64,000 nucleotides of DNA from Candidatus Multivoradales bacterium (GCA_965223855.1 CBDCXM010000008.1:544001-608000), one strand, 5' to 3'; shown: positions 40,878 through 51,214, numbered from the stretch's first letter. The notes: generated by a model from the letters alone, not told the origin. Numbers and translations are program-made.

Positions 40878-41921
40878 ATGCGCGCTTTCCAGGTCCGTGA
40901 GCATGGAGGTCCCGAGGCGCTGGAGCCGCGGGAGCTGCCGACGCCGGAGCCGGGACCGGGCGAAGTCAGGGTGAAGGTCCGGGCCTGCGCCCTGAACCGG
41001 CTCGATCTGTGGGTGCGCGAGGGCGTTCCCGGACACACCTTCCCCCTGCCGCTCATTCCGGGAAGTGAGATCGCAGGCGAGGTGGATCGGGCGGGACCCG
41101 ACACCGACTCACTGCCACCGGGCAGCGAAGTCCTGCTCGCTCCGGGTGTCTCGTGCGGTGAGTGCGAGCGCTGCTCGACCGGCGAGGACATGCTCTGCCG
41201 GCACTACGGCATTCTCGGCGAGCATCGCGACGGCGGCTACGCCGAGTTCGTCGTCGTCCCCGCCCGCAACGTGCTGCCGAAGCCGGAGCGCCTGAGCTTC
41301 GCGGAGGCGGCGGCGATTCCGCTCGTCTTCCTCACCGCCTGGCACATGCTCGTCGCACGCGCCGCGCTCGCCCCCGGCGAGGACGTGCTGCTCCATGCTG
41401 CAGGCTCGGGCGTGTCGAGCGCCGGCATCCAGATCGCCCGCCTGCGGGGCGCGCGGCACATCCTCGTCACGGCGGGCAGCGACGCCAAACTGGAGCGCGC
41501 CCTCGAGCTCGGAGCGACCCACGCGGTCAACTACCGTCAACAGGACTTCCTCGACACCGTCCGGTCGGTCGTCGGTAGAAAGGGAGTCGAAGTGGTCTTC
41601 GACCACGTCGGCGGCGCCACGTTCGAGAGGAGCCTGCGGGCGCTCGGCTGGGGCGGCCGCCTCGTGCTGTGCGGCGCCACCTCGGCTCCCACCGCCGAGG
41701 TCAACCTGCGCGCCCTGTTCTTCAAGAACCAGTCGATCCTCGGCTCGACGATGGGCGGCATGCCCGAGCTGATCGAGCTGCTGAAGTTCGTCACAGCCGG
41801 GCGACTCGACCCCGTCATCGACCGCGTCCTGCCGTTCGAGCAGGCGCCGGCCGCCCAGGCGGCACTCGAGCAACGTGAACAGTTCGGCAAGATCGTGCTG
41901 TCGATGGACCCGTCCACCTGA
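40878..41921 (+). CDS. Zinc-binding alcohol dehydrogenase / quinone oxidoreductase (MDR family)
   Basis: MRAFQVREHGGPE, ALNRLDLW, CGECERC...C structural Zn site, AAGSGV, GSTMG, FGKIVL. Confidence 0.92.
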   Translation: MRAFQVREHGGPEALEPRELPTPEPGPGEVRVKVRACALNRLDLWVREGVPGHTFPLPLIPGSEIAGEVDRAGPDTDSLPPGSEVLLAPGVSCGECERCSTGEDMLCRHYGILGEHRDGGYAEFVVVPARNVLPKPERLSFAEAAAIPLVFLTAWHMLVARAALAPGEDVLLHAAGSGVSSAGIQIARLRGARHILVTAGSDAKLERALELGATHAVNYRQQDFLDTVRSVVGRKGVEVVFDHVGGATFERSLRALGWGGRLVLCGATSAPTAEVNLRALFFKNQSILGSTMGGMPELIELLKFVTAGRLDPVIDRVLPFEQAPAAQAALEQREQFGKIVLSMDPST

Positions 41922-41949
41922 CCTACCGCGACCGACCAGGAGCTGAACC

Positions 41950-42837
41950 TTGACCTCATCCCCCGAAGCCATTCGAGAAGTGGCCGTCCTCGGCGGCGGC
42001 ACCATGGGACTGGGCATCGCCCACGTTGCCGCGCTGGCCGGCTACGGTACGCGGCTGTTCGACATCTCCGAGGAGGCGCTCGAGAGGGCGACCGGTCGGA
42101 TTCACGCCAACCTCGAGAAGGGAGTGGCGCGCGGGAAGGTGGAGGCGGACGCCGCCGACGCCGCCAGGAGTCGCCTCTCCACGACCACCCGGCTCGAGGA
42201 GGCGGTCACCGATTGCGATCTGGTCATCGAGGCGGTGCCGGAGTCGATGTCGCTCAAGATCGAGACCTTCGAGAAGGTGGTTGCCGCCTGTCCCGAACAC
42301 GCGCTGCTCACCTCCAATACCTCGGCCCTGTCGATCACCGAAATGGCCGCCGCCACCGACCGGCCCGAGCGCTTCGCCGGGATGCACTTCTTCAACCCGG
42401 TGCACCTGATGAAGCTGATCGAGCTGGTGCGCGGCCTCGAGACCGACGCAGCGACGCTCACGACGCTCACCGAGGTCGGTCGTCGCATGGGAAAAGAGGT
42501 GGTGACGGTGAGCGAGTCGCCCGGTTTCGTCACCAGCCGTATCAACGCCCTCATCGGCAACGAGGCGTTCCGCATGCTCGAGAGCGGGGTTGCCAGCGCC
42601 CGGGACATCGACAAGGCCCTCAAGCTCGGGCTGAACCACCCGATGGGGCCGTTCGAGATGGTCGATCTCGTCGGGCTCGACGTCCGGCTGTCGATCCTCG
42701 AGTTCCTGCAGGCGTCGCTCGGCGACACCTACCGGCCGACCAGCCTGATGAAGCAGTACGTCAAAGCAGGCCGACTGGGGCGGAAAGTCGGGCGCGGGGT
42801 CTACGACTACGACGCCGACGGCAGGAGGGTCGACTGA
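41950..42837 (+). CDS. 3-hydroxyacyl-CoA (3-hydroxybutyryl-CoA) dehydrogenase
   Basis: GGGTMGLGIA, VIEAVPE, SNTSALSIT, GMHFFNPV, HPMGPF, DLVGLD. Confidence 0.93.
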   Translation: MTSSPEAIREVAVLGGGTMGLGIAHVAALAGYGTRLFDISEEALERATGRIHANLEKGVARGKVEADAADAARSRLSTTTRLEEAVTDCDLVIEAVPESMSLKIETFEKVVAACPEHALLTSNTSALSITEMAAATDRPERFAGMHFFNPVHLMKLIELVRGLETDAATLTTLTEVGRRMGKEVVTVSESPGFVTSRINALIGNEAFRMLESGVASARDIDKALKLGLNHPMGPFEMVDLVGLDVRLSILEFLQASLGDTYRPTSLMKQYVKAGRLGRKVGRGVYDYDADGRRVD

Positions 42838-43628
42838 TGCCCGGCCAGGACCTCACCGACCGGGTCGCTCTCATCACCGGTTCGAGCGCCGGGCTCGGCT
42901 ATGCCGCCGCCGAGGCGCTGGCCGCCCGCGGCGCTCGTATCGCGCTGTCGAGCCGCGGCGGCGAGAAACTCGAAGAGGCAGCCGCCCGCCTCGTCGCCGC
43001 CGGGGTCGACGTAATCGCCGTGCCGGCTGACGTCACTCAGCTGAGCGATCTCGAGGATCTCGTCAATGAGGTCGAGGACAGCTTCGGGCCGGTCGACATC
43101 CTCGTCCCGAACGGCGGCGGGCCGGTGGCGAAGCCGGCGCTCGAGCTCGACGACGCCGACTGGCAGGCGGCGCTGCCACTGGCACTGCTGTTCGTGCCGC
43201 GGCTGTGCCGGCTCGTGCTGCCGGGGATGGTCCGCCGCGGCTGGGGACGGATCGTCGCGATCAACTCGGTGTCGTCGCGCCAGCCGATCGCCAATCTCGC
43301 CCTCTCGAACGCCCTGCGACCGGCGGTGCTGGGCTATCTCAAGACGCTCGCGCTCGAGGTCGCCGCCGACGGCGTCACCGTGAACGCGGTGCTCCCCGGC
43401 TACACCCGCACCAGCCGCCAGATCGAGCTCGCCGAAATGCGCTCCGAGCGCACCGGCGAGGACTTCCAGTCGCTCCTCGACGCACCGGCAGCCGACGCCG
43501 CCATCGGCCGTCTCGCCGAGCCGGAGGAGATCGGCGAAGTGATCGCCTTCCTCAGCTCACCGGCGGCAAGCTACGTCACCGGCCAGGCGATCTCGGTCGA
43601 GGGGGGCTGGGTGAAAGGGCTGTTCTAG
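42837..43628 (+). CDS. SDR family oxidoreductase (FabG-like)
   Basis: TGATG coupling; ITGSSAGLG, NGGGP, GWGRIV, SNALR, VTVNAVLPG, YVTGQ. Confidence 0.92.
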   Translation: MPGQDLTDRVALITGSSAGLGYAAAEALAARGARIALSSRGGEKLEEAAARLVAAGVDVIAVPADVTQLSDLEDLVNEVEDSFGPVDILVPNGGGPVAKPALELDDADWQAALPLALLFVPRLCRLVLPGMVRRGWGRIVAINSVSSRQPIANLALSNALRPAVLGYLKTLALEVAADGVTVNAVLPGYTRTSRQIELAEMRSERTGEDFQSLLDAPAADAAIGRLAEPEEIGEVIAFLSSPAASYVTGQAISVEGGWVKGLF

Positions 43629-43637
43629 GGATTCCCG

Positions 43638-43991
43638 TCAGTTGAGACCTGTTCCGGACAAGATCTCAAGGTACACCTTGAAGAGGAGAACCAGCGAGAC
43701 CACCATCGTAAGCGAACCCGTTACCCACAGCTTCTCTCGCAACTTCCTCGGGGCCTCTTCGACGTACCACCGCTCGAAGAGCGACTTCGAGAGTCCCACC
43801 GCGAAGTTCATCGCTCCTGCCAGGAACAAGTAGACGCCGAAGGCGAGAAATCCCCAGGCCTCCGACCGGAGCCACGCCAATACGAGGACGGGGAGAACAA
43901 GCCAAGACCAGCGCATCCTGCGTCTGATCGCCGGCCGCAAGTGTCTCCACTCGCTCCTAGCTCTCCACCGACTCAGCCACAGGAGCATCAC
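43638..43991 (-). CDS. Small hypothetical membrane protein
   Basis: 117-aa ORF with three hydrophobic segments; visibly lower GC than its neighbours. Confidence 0.55.
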   Translation of the reverse strand: MMLLWLSRWRARSEWRHLRPAIRRRMRWSWLVLPVLVLAWLRSEAWGFLAFGVYLFLAGAMNFAVGLSKSLFERWYVEEAPRKLREKLWVTGSLTMVVSLVLLFKVYLEILSGTGLN

Positions 43992-44100
43992 TGTGAATAG
44001 CCCTTCTTCGGTACTCGCGGCAGGACCTGGCCAGGAGGCATTGAGAACCGACCGGTCGGGGTAGGAGCCACATAGCGGAACGAGATGACCGAGGACCGGA

Positions 44101-45150
44101 TCAGGGTAACGCCGCCAGCGAGGCGTACTTCGAGTAGAGCACCCAGCCGGTCAGCGCGGCCAGGACGGCGAACCAGCCGATCAGGCTCCTGCGGGCCGCT
44201 TGGCCGGCCCGCACCGCCTGCCACCACTCCCGCGGCCGGATTCCCTGCATCAGGAAGGTGGCGATCGCGGCGACGTTGATGCACACCACGTTGGTCGCCA
44301 GGAGCAGCGCCGCGTTGCCGGCGGCGGCGAGTTCGCGCGCGCCCACCAGCATGCCGAAGGCGACCAGCGGCGGCATCAGCGCCACGGCCACCATGACGCC
44401 GATAAGGGTCGCTGAGGCACCGGTGGTGAAGGCGAGCGCACCCGCAACACCTGAGGCGAGAGCGAGCGCGACGTCGCTGGGAAAGACCTGAGTCCGCTCG
44501 GCGATCGCCGGAATCTCGAGCAGGCTCTCGACGTCGACGCCCGCCACGCCGGGCACCAGCCCGATCGCGACCGAGAGCGAGAGACCGATCAGCAGGCCGA
44601 AGCCCGCACGACGCAGCGCCACCACCGCGAGCTTCCCCTCCCCCAGCGTCGTAGCGAGCGCCAGCGCGATGTTGGGGCCGAGCAGCGGCGCGATCACCAT
44701 CGCGGCAATGATCATGGCGAGCGAGTCTCGAAGCAGGCCGATGGCGGCGACGAAGACCGACAGAGCCGTCATGGTCGCGTGAACGTTCCAGGCCCCCAGA
44801 CTCTCGGTCACGTTGTGGAACAGCTCCTCACTGCTGACGCGGGCAAACTTGCGCGGCCGCTCCGGCTCCTCCGCCTCGCCGACCGGAGCCGCCGCCTCCT
44901 CTTCAGGCCGCGGCAGCACCGCCTCGAGCGGGTAGAGCAGGACCCGGAAACCCTTCACCCGACTGAACCGCTTCTCCACCCGGTCGAGAATCGGCTCCGC
45001 CTCGCCCGCCTCGAGAACCAGGTTGATGGCGATCCGATCGCCCGATCGCGCCTGCTGCCAGCAGCTCACCGGTTCGTGCCCTTCGAGCAGGCTCTCGAGG
45101 TCGAGCCGGTCGACCTCCGGAACGACGATCTGCATCAACCTCAGGGCCAT
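44101..45150 (-). CDS. TIGR00341 / DUF389 family membrane protein
   Basis: AGGGAGG RBS before ATG 45150; AAIGLL.DS...AMVIAPLLGP, GVMVAVALMPP, NVVCIN. Confidence 0.9.
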   Translation of the reverse strand: MALRLMQIVVPEVDRLDLESLLEGHEPVSCWQQARSGDRIAINLVLEAGEAEPILDRVEKRFSRVKGFRVLLYPLEAVLPRPEEEAAAPVGEAEEPERPRKFARVSSEELFHNVTESLGAWNVHATMTALSVFVAAIGLLRDSLAMIIAAMVIAPLLGPNIALALATTLGEGKLAVVALRRAGFGLLIGLSLSVAIGLVPGVAGVDVESLLEIPAIAERTQVFPSDVALALASGVAGALAFTTGASATLIGVMVAVALMPPLVAFGMLVGARELAAAGNAALLLATNVVCINVAAIATFLMQGIRPREWWQAVRAGQAARRSLIGWFAVLAALTGWVLYSKYASLAALP

Positions 45151-45166
45151 CGTCGGCCTCCCTCCT

Positions 45167-45643
45167 TCATGACTCTCTCCCCCCGTCGCCGGACGACGGT
45201 CCAGGGCGCGATCGGCGGACGTAGAGGGTCTTCTGTGCCCGGGCGACGACCTTGCCGCCACGATCGACGATCTCCACCGGCCAGGTCGGGGTGTACTTCT
45301 CGCCCTGTGCCGTCGCGCGGCGCACCTCCTCGAGCCGCTCGTCGCCGACCTCGAAACGGGCCGTCACGGTCCCGCTGCCCGGACGCAGGAAGTCGATGCT
45401 CGCCGCCTGGTCCCATACCCGGTAGCCGCGGCCCAGCCGGTTGACCAGCATCAGGGTATAAACCGGGTCGATCATCGCGTAGAGACTGCCGCCGAAGTGC
45501 GTTCCGAAGTAGTTGCGGTTGTAGAACCTCAGCGCCATGCGAGCCTCGGCCCAGCGGTAGTCGGGAGCCATCCGGACCGAGATCCCCGTCCCCCAGTAGG
45601 GCGGGTACCAGGACAGCAGCCGGCCGAACCAGGTGCCCTTCAA
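45167..45643 (-). CDS. DUF4442 / PaaI-like hotdog-fold thioesterase
   Basis: TTG start overlapping the upstream stop; WYPPYWGTGI, NRNYFGTHFGGSLYAMIDP, VWDQAASIDFLRPG. Confidence 0.88.
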   Translation of the reverse strand: MKGTWFGRLLSWYPPYWGTGISVRMAPDYRWAEARMALRFYNRNYFGTHFGGSLYAMIDPVYTLMLVNRLGRGYRVWDQAASIDFLRPGSGTVTARFEVGDERLEEVRRATAQGEKYTPTWPVEIVDRGGKVVARAQKTLYVRRSRPGPSSGDGGRES

Positions 45644-46062
45644 CCGGCCGCCCCGACCCGGCGATGCGGTTCGACCGGTGCCAGCGAGTAGGCCTCGCGC
45701 TCGAAGCGGTTGTCGCGATAGGGGTCGCGCCCCCGGGCCCACTGCCACAGACTCGAGAGGCCGTACGCCGGCAGAAACAGCGGTCCCCAGCGCGCGTACT
45801 GCCGCACATGCACCTGCTCGTGAGCGCGGCAGCGATCGAGGCAGTCGGGATCGCGCCCCAGCACTACGTGGCCCAGAGTGATCGCCTCGATGCCGAACCC
45901 GGTCGCGCTTCTCAGGAGCAGGAGCTTCGCGATCCACGGACCGCTCGCCTCGAGCACTCCGTCGACCACCTGCCAGCGCCCCCGACCGGCTGCCGCCATC
46001 GGCGCCAGCAACAGGCCGAGGAGTGTGTTGGGGAGCGCCCACAGATAGCCGAGGAGCTTCAA
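45640..46062 (-). CDS. Conserved hypothetical protein with HExxH motif
   Basis: YLWALPNTLLGL, AITLGHVVLG, HEQVHVRQY, YRDNRFEREA. Confidence 0.8.
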   Translation of the reverse strand: MKLLGYLWALPNTLLGLLLAPMAAAGRGRWQVVDGVLEASGPWIAKLLLLRSATGFGIEAITLGHVVLGRDPDCLDRCRAHEQVHVRQYARWGPLFLPAYGLSSLWQWARGRDPYRDNRFEREAYSLAPVEPHRRVGAAG

Positions 46063-46074
46063 CCAGGCTCCGCG

Positions 46075-47367
46075 TCAGCCACCGTCGGCGGCCATCTCGT
46101 GAACGCCGCGCACCAGCGTGTCCACCAGCCGCGGCAGGTCGTCGCCACGGACCGAGCAGAAGGCGATCCGCAGATAGCTCGGCTGGATCGAAATCAGCCC
46201 GGTCGAGTGATGCTCGAGCAGGTGGCGCCGCACCCGGTCCGGATCCAGCCCGCCGGCGAGCTCGACGAGGGCGAAGCAGCCGGCGTTGAACGGCAGCGGT
46301 CGCAGATGCGGCGAATCGATCGTCGCCAGCGCTCGCGACAGTTCCCGGTAGCGCCCCTCGAGCTCGCGACGCACTCGCTCGACCTGATCGGCGATGTCGG
46401 TCGCCGCCAACCCCTGCTCGAGCACGACCTGCGCTGTCGCCACAGGCGAGCCGAGAACCGCCCGGGTCAGGCACTTCACCTTGCTCTCGAGCGCGAGTGC
46501 CGCTTCACTCTCAGGTTCGAAGGGGAAGGTCAGGAAGCCGACGCGGCCGCCGAAGTACGAGAACTCCTTGGTCGCGCCGTCGATCTTGACCGGTACCAGA
46601 TTCTCCTCCAGACCGACGAGGTCCCAGAAGAGGGAACGCCCCGGCACCTCCTCGTAGACAAGGCCGGCGTAGGCGTCGTCGCACAGCACCACCAGCGGGC
46701 GGCGTCTGGCGATCTCGCGCAGTGACGTGACCAGCTCGCCGCGCTCCTGGGCGGTCGGCATGTAGCCGCCCGGGTTCGACGGCAGGTTGACGATCGCCAT
46801 CACAGGGTGATCGCCCGGCTCGCCGGCCAGCGCCTCGGCATAGGCATGCGGGTGGTAGTGACCGTCGCGGTAGGCGTCGGCGGTAACGACCCGAGCCCCC
46901 GTGCGGGTCGTGAAGGTCTGCCGGTAGTTGCCCCAGAAGGGAGCGGCGACGGCGACGGCCCGCTCCGGGGAACCGAAGAGGTCCGCGGCCAGCGACAGGC
47001 CGTGGGTGAGTCCCGCGGTGACGATGGGCAGCGACGAAGGGACATCGTCCGCCACGCCGCGTCGCTGCCAGCTGCGCCACGCCTGCCGCACGCTCTCGAT
47101 CCCCTGCACCGGTGAGTAGAGGAACGCACGGTCGCGCTGCTCGTCGTCGAGGGCGAACGCCGCGGTCATCGCCGGAATCGCGAGCGGTCTTCCCGCGCCG
47201 TCTGTGACCTGCCCGATCGTGCCGTTGAGACGCGCGGTTCGAGCCTGTGCCGCCTGGAACGGTATGTCCGGCGGGAACGCGACGCGCCGGCCCAGCGGCG
47301 AGAGGGCCGACCACAGCGCGGGAGCGGCGGAGTGGATCGCTTCGCGCAGCGCTTCGTCACCCGGCAT
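46075..47367 (-). CDS. PLP-dependent aminotransferase class I/II
   Basis: TAGLTHGL, FWGNY, NLPSNPGGY, CDDAY, KIDGATKE...GGRVGF. Confidence 0.92.
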   Translation of the reverse strand: MPGDEALREAIHSAAPALWSALSPLGRRVAFPPDIPFQAAQARTARLNGTIGQVTDGAGRPLAIPAMTAAFALDDEQRDRAFLYSPVQGIESVRQAWRSWQRRGVADDVPSSLPIVTAGLTHGLSLAADLFGSPERAVAVAAPFWGNYRQTFTTRTGARVVTADAYRDGHYHPHAYAEALAGEPGDHPVMAIVNLPSNPGGYMPTAQERGELVTSLREIARRRPLVVLCDDAYAGLVYEEVPGRSLFWDLVGLEENLVPVKIDGATKEFSYFGGRVGFLTFPFEPESEAALALESKVKCLTRAVLGSPVATAQVVLEQGLAATDIADQVERVRRELEGRYRELSRALATIDSPHLRPLPFNAGCFALVELAGGLDPDRVRRHLLEHHSTGLISIQPSYLRIAFCSVRGDDLPRLVDTLVRGVHEMAADGG

Positions 47368-47465
47368 GGCCGGTAGAGACTAGCAGTCTGTGGCGGTAGC
47401 CCGGGGCTCGCCTCGGGAGGCCGCAAGTCCGGTTCGGGAGAGCGGCGAGGGCGTAGGATGGCTCG

Positions 47466-48863
47466 ATGCAGCGACGCCGGACGCCCGGGACGAAAACCCC
47501 AATCTACGCGGTCGCGGCGCTCACGGCACTCTTCCTGGCGCCCGGCTGTGCTTCGGATCGAAGCGGTTTCACTTCGCCCCGCAATCTACTGCTGGTGACG
47601 CTCGACACCCTGCGGGCCGATCACCTCGGTGCGTACGGCTATCCGCGAGCGACCTCGCCCCGCCTCGACGCCTTCGCAGCGCGGGCCCATCTGTTCGAGG
47701 ACGTCACCTGCTCCGTTCCCACGACGCTGCCGTCCCACGTCTCAATCTTCACCGGCCTGCGACCGGGCGACCACGGCGTACGGCGTAACGGTGTCGAACC
47801 CGAGCGCGACCTGACGACGATCTTCGATCTGCTCGCCGATCAGCGGGGAGCGACGACCGCGGCGGTCGTAGCCGCCGGCGTGCTCGCCGAACCCTACCTG
47901 ACAGGCCTGGGGTTGGGCGAAGTCTCTTTGCCGGCCCGTCGCGACGAGTTCCAGATCCCCGGTTCCCGGGTGACCGGCAGCGCTCTGGCATGGCTCGATC
48001 GGCACCTCGCCGCCGAAGCGCCGGCGCCGTTCGCCCTGTGGGTCCACTACTACGACACCCACGAGCCGTACACGCCGCCGGCGAGCGTGTTCGAGCGCTT
48101 CGACCACGGCTACGGCGGCCCGCTGCCGCGACTGCTGACGACCGAGGACCTGGTGGCGCTCAACCGGGGGGAGCGTTTCGGCCCGCTCGAGGCCGCCGAT
48201 CTTCGTCACGTCGAGGATCTGTACGACGCCGAGATCGCCGCCCTCGACGCCCACCTGGGCCGCCTGCTCGATGCAATCGCCGTCCGCGGACTCGAGGATG
48301 ACACGGTCGTCGCCATCGTGGCGGACCACGGGCAGTCGCTCGGCGAGAGCGGCTACTTCGGCCACGGCAAGCGACTCTTCGAGCCGATCGTCAAGATCCC
48401 GATGCTGATCCGCCTCCCCGGGCAGACGGAGGGCCGCCGGATCACCGCGCCGGTCGAGTCGATCGATCTCATGCCCACTCTGGCGGAGCTCTTCTCCCTC
48501 GACGCGCCGGCGCAGCTCGCCGGCGTCTCGCTGGCCCCCGCGCTCGCCGGAGAGCAGCTACCGGGCCGGCGCCTGAGAGCGATCGAGCGTCGCCGATTCC
48601 CCGAGGACCCGGCGAACGTCGGCGCCGCCCTCCATGGCGGCGACTGGAAGGCGGTCTTCTACCGCGACGAGGACGGCTCCGAGTGGCACACCTTCGGCGA
48701 TCGCGAGCGGGGCCTCGACGCTGCGGAGCAGCTCGACGGCGCCGATCCCCGCTGGCAACAGCTCACCGCACTCGTCGCCCGAGTCCGCGGCGGCTTCGAC
48801 ACCGACCGCGACCTCGAGCCCGAGGAGGTGGAGATGCTGAGGACACTCGGCTACCTGCAGTAG
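47466..48863 (+). CDS. Sulfatase/alkaline-phosphatase superfamily lipoprotein (TLPSH type)
   Basis: Lipobox APGC; NLLLVTLDTLRADHLG.YGY, TTLPSH, HYYDTHEPY, ADHG, GHG; C-terminal LRTLGYL. Confidence 0.9.
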   Translation: MQRRRTPGTKTPIYAVAALTALFLAPGCASDRSGFTSPRNLLLVTLDTLRADHLGAYGYPRATSPRLDAFAARAHLFEDVTCSVPTTLPSHVSIFTGLRPGDHGVRRNGVEPERDLTTIFDLLADQRGATTAAVVAAGVLAEPYLTGLGLGEVSLPARRDEFQIPGSRVTGSALAWLDRHLAAEAPAPFALWVHYYDTHEPYTPPASVFERFDHGYGGPLPRLLTTEDLVALNRGERFGPLEAADLRHVEDLYDAEIAALDAHLGRLLDAIAVRGLEDDTVVAIVADHGQSLGESGYFGHGKRLFEPIVKIPMLIRLPGQTEGRRITAPVESIDLMPTLAELFSLDAPAQLAGVSLAPALAGEQLPGRRLRAIERRRFPEDPANVGAALHGGDWKAVFYRDEDGSEWHTFGDRERGLDAAEQLDGADPRWQQLTALVARVRGGFDTDRDLEPEEVEMLRTLGYLQ

Positions 48864-48906
48864 GCCTCCGTCCGCGGCGATCCCGAGTTGCCGGTGGGCC
48901 GTCGGA

Positions 48907-51174
48907 TCACGACCCCCGTTCTTCGCCCTCCGGAACACAGGGATCGTCCGTCCCCCCCGGGACCAACCATCTCGTGCCGTTGCCGAGCCAGGTGCCGTAA
49001 GGGTTGATGAACTCCGGCCAGGTGAGACGAAGCTTGCACTGAAGGGTCGACTCCGCCGAGTTGAGCGCTCCCTGCACCCACCCCTGCACGTCGGAGAACG
49101 CCTCACCCACGATGAAGACACTCGCCTCCGGAATCGGCTGGCGGACGGCGGGAATCAACCTTTGCTGATCGCTCCCCGAGCCCCATGCGTGCCAGCCGGC
49201 GCCGAACGGGTCCTTCGTCCAGTTCTGGAAGTGGGCGTAATACGGCAGCGGAATGTCGGGCCGATCCTTCTCGGGAACGTTGCTGACCTCCATCAGCTGA
49301 CGGTGCGCCTCGAGCGCCATCGTCTTGCTGCAGTGGCGCGGCCCACCTTTCTGCGCGGCGGCCGCCTGACCGGCGGTCGCCTTCGAGTAGCCCTCCTTCC
49401 CAAGCTTCGCCGGAGGGATCGTCGTCAGTGCCGAAGGGTCGGCGCCGCCCGCCTCGTGATCGTAGGGATCGCCGTCCTGAATCTCCTTCCAGTAGAAGGT
49501 CGCCTGCCCGCTCACGTAGCTCGCGAGGGTCAGGCCGTTCTGGTTGGCGTTGCCGCTCGCCGGCGTCCACCAGTTGTAGTACTGACGCAGGCCGAGATCG
49601 GTGGTGTTGCGGCCCATGGCGGGACCGGGTGCGGGAGGATCGATGCCGTACCTGAGCCACCACGGCTCCGAATAGGCGATGAACATCCGCAGCGCGGGTA
49701 TGTTGTTGACCGTCCCACGGGTCAGCGCCTGCACCCGGGAGTCCTGAAAGAAGAAGTTGTCCTGGTCGATCAGCTCGAGCGAGCGGCCGGGAAGAGCGAG
49801 GAAGAGGAGCTTCGCCCGGATGCGGCGACACTGCTCGGGGCTCTCCCTGCAGATGTTCTCGGCCGCGACCGAGCCCTTGATGAGCTTGATGCCCGGCTGC
49901 CGTCGATAGAAGAGCAGGTCGTAGGGACCGGCGTCCTTCTTTCCTCCCGGCAGATCCACGTTCTCGAAGCTGACGAGCTGGTGGTTGAAGTACGAACGGC
50001 CCAGCGCATCGAACCGCTTCCACAGGTTGCCGGGGATCGCCGAATACCCCTCCCGGATGTGCCGCCAGTAGTAGACGTCGGTCTGCGAGCAGCCCGGCTC
50101 GTCACCGAACGGCCCGACGACGAAGTAGAAGTCCTCGTTGGTGTTGGCCGAGAAGTTGCCGGCGAACCCTTCGGAGTTGTAGCCGCCGGCGTCCTCCAGC
50201 AGATCGACCGCCTCCTGACTCAGGACGTGCCGATTGAGCGCCCAGCCGGACCAGTCGGACAGCGGCCGACCGAAGACGTACGGCCGCTCGGCGGTCGCCG
50301 ACGCCTTGGCAGCCTCGTAGGCGTCGCCGTACTGCTTCACCTGCTTCCACAACGCGTCTGCGCTGCCGCCTCCCGCCTCGGCCTTCTCGGCGGCGAGAAA
50401 GGCCGCGTGGAACTGGCTCCTCAGGAGCGTGTAGCCGTTGGGGGCGTCTCCGAGGCCGTACTGCTTCTTCTCGGACGGCGTGGCGTTCGGCAGCACGTGC
50501 TGGAACGCCTGATCGCTGACGTAGTCGCTGATCGCGCCGGTGCCCCCCTGCTTCAGCAGGCCGGCCTCGAACTCGGTCAGGTTGTAGAGCTCGAGGAGCG
50601 TCGCGGCACCCGAGGGACCGTTGACCTCCTCCCGCGTCAGGTGCTGCCCCCGCACGTAGACGAGGTTGTCGTCGCAGTCGAAGTTGAACGGCTCGTCGGT
50701 CAGGCCGAGATGCTGCGCCGTGTTCCAGACGATGTGCATCGTGCGGGCGAAGCGGAACCCGCCGAACTCGGCGAGCGACTCACCGACCCCTTCCGCCCCC
50801 GGCTCGTCGGCGTTGATGCCGGGCACCTTGACCGACAGGAGGCGGCCACCGACGCGGCCCGAGTACTCGAAGAGGGCGACGTCGAGCTTCGACTTGTTCG
50901 CGAACAGCGGTCGAAGCGGTGAGTCGGGCCGCAGGTCGTCGAGCGTCGCGTTGGCCAGCCTGTAGGCGAGGTAGCAGCCCGCGACTCCGGCGCCGACGAT
51001 GGCGACGTCGCAATCCTCGAGGGACGGCACTTCCGCGCTAACGTCGGCAGCGTCCGCCGCCCTCGCCAGGCCGAGGCCGGCTCCTGCGGCACCGACGGCA
51101 GCCGACTTGATGAGGTCGCGGCGGGACGAACTGCGCGGTCGCTCCCGTCGATCCGGGTTGGGCTCTGTGCTCAT
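48907..51174 (-). CDS. Tat-exported FAD-dependent amine / L-amino-acid oxidase (achacin/aplysianin-like)
   Basis: Tat motif SRRDLIK; DVAIVGAGVAG, EYSGRVGGRL, EFGGFRF, WTKDPFGAGWHAW, GEAFSDVQGWVQGAL. Alternative start ATG 51213. Confidence 0.88.
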   Translation of the reverse strand: MSTEPNPDRRERPRSSSRRDLIKSAAVGAAGAGLGLARAADAADVSAEVPSLEDCDVAIVGAGVAGCYLAYRLANATLDDLRPDSPLRPLFANKSKLDVALFEYSGRVGGRLLSVKVPGINADEPGAEGVGESLAEFGGFRFARTMHIVWNTAQHLGLTDEPFNFDCDDNLVYVRGQHLTREEVNGPSGAATLLELYNLTEFEAGLLKQGGTGAISDYVSDQAFQHVLPNATPSEKKQYGLGDAPNGYTLLRSQFHAAFLAAEKAEAGGGSADALWKQVKQYGDAYEAAKASATAERPYVFGRPLSDWSGWALNRHVLSQEAVDLLEDAGGYNSEGFAGNFSANTNEDFYFVVGPFGDEPGCSQTDVYYWRHIREGYSAIPGNLWKRFDALGRSYFNHQLVSFENVDLPGGKKDAGPYDLLFYRRQPGIKLIKGSVAAENICRESPEQCRRIRAKLLFLALPGRSLELIDQDNFFFQDSRVQALTRGTVNNIPALRMFIAYSEPWWLRYGIDPPAPGPAMGRNTTDLGLRQYYNWWTPASGNANQNGLTLASYVSGQATFYWKEIQDGDPYDHEAGGADPSALTTIPPAKLGKEGYSKATAGQAAAAQKGGPRHCSKTMALEAHRQLMEVSNVPEKDRPDIPLPYYAHFQNWTKDPFGAGWHAWGSGSDQQRLIPAVRQPIPEASVFIVGEAFSDVQGWVQGALNSAESTLQCKLRLTWPEFINPYGTWLGNGTRWLVPGGTDDPCVPEGEERGS

Positions 51175-51214
51175 CGCGCTCTCCTCGAGATGGGTCTTGG
51201 ATCGGGAGCTCATG

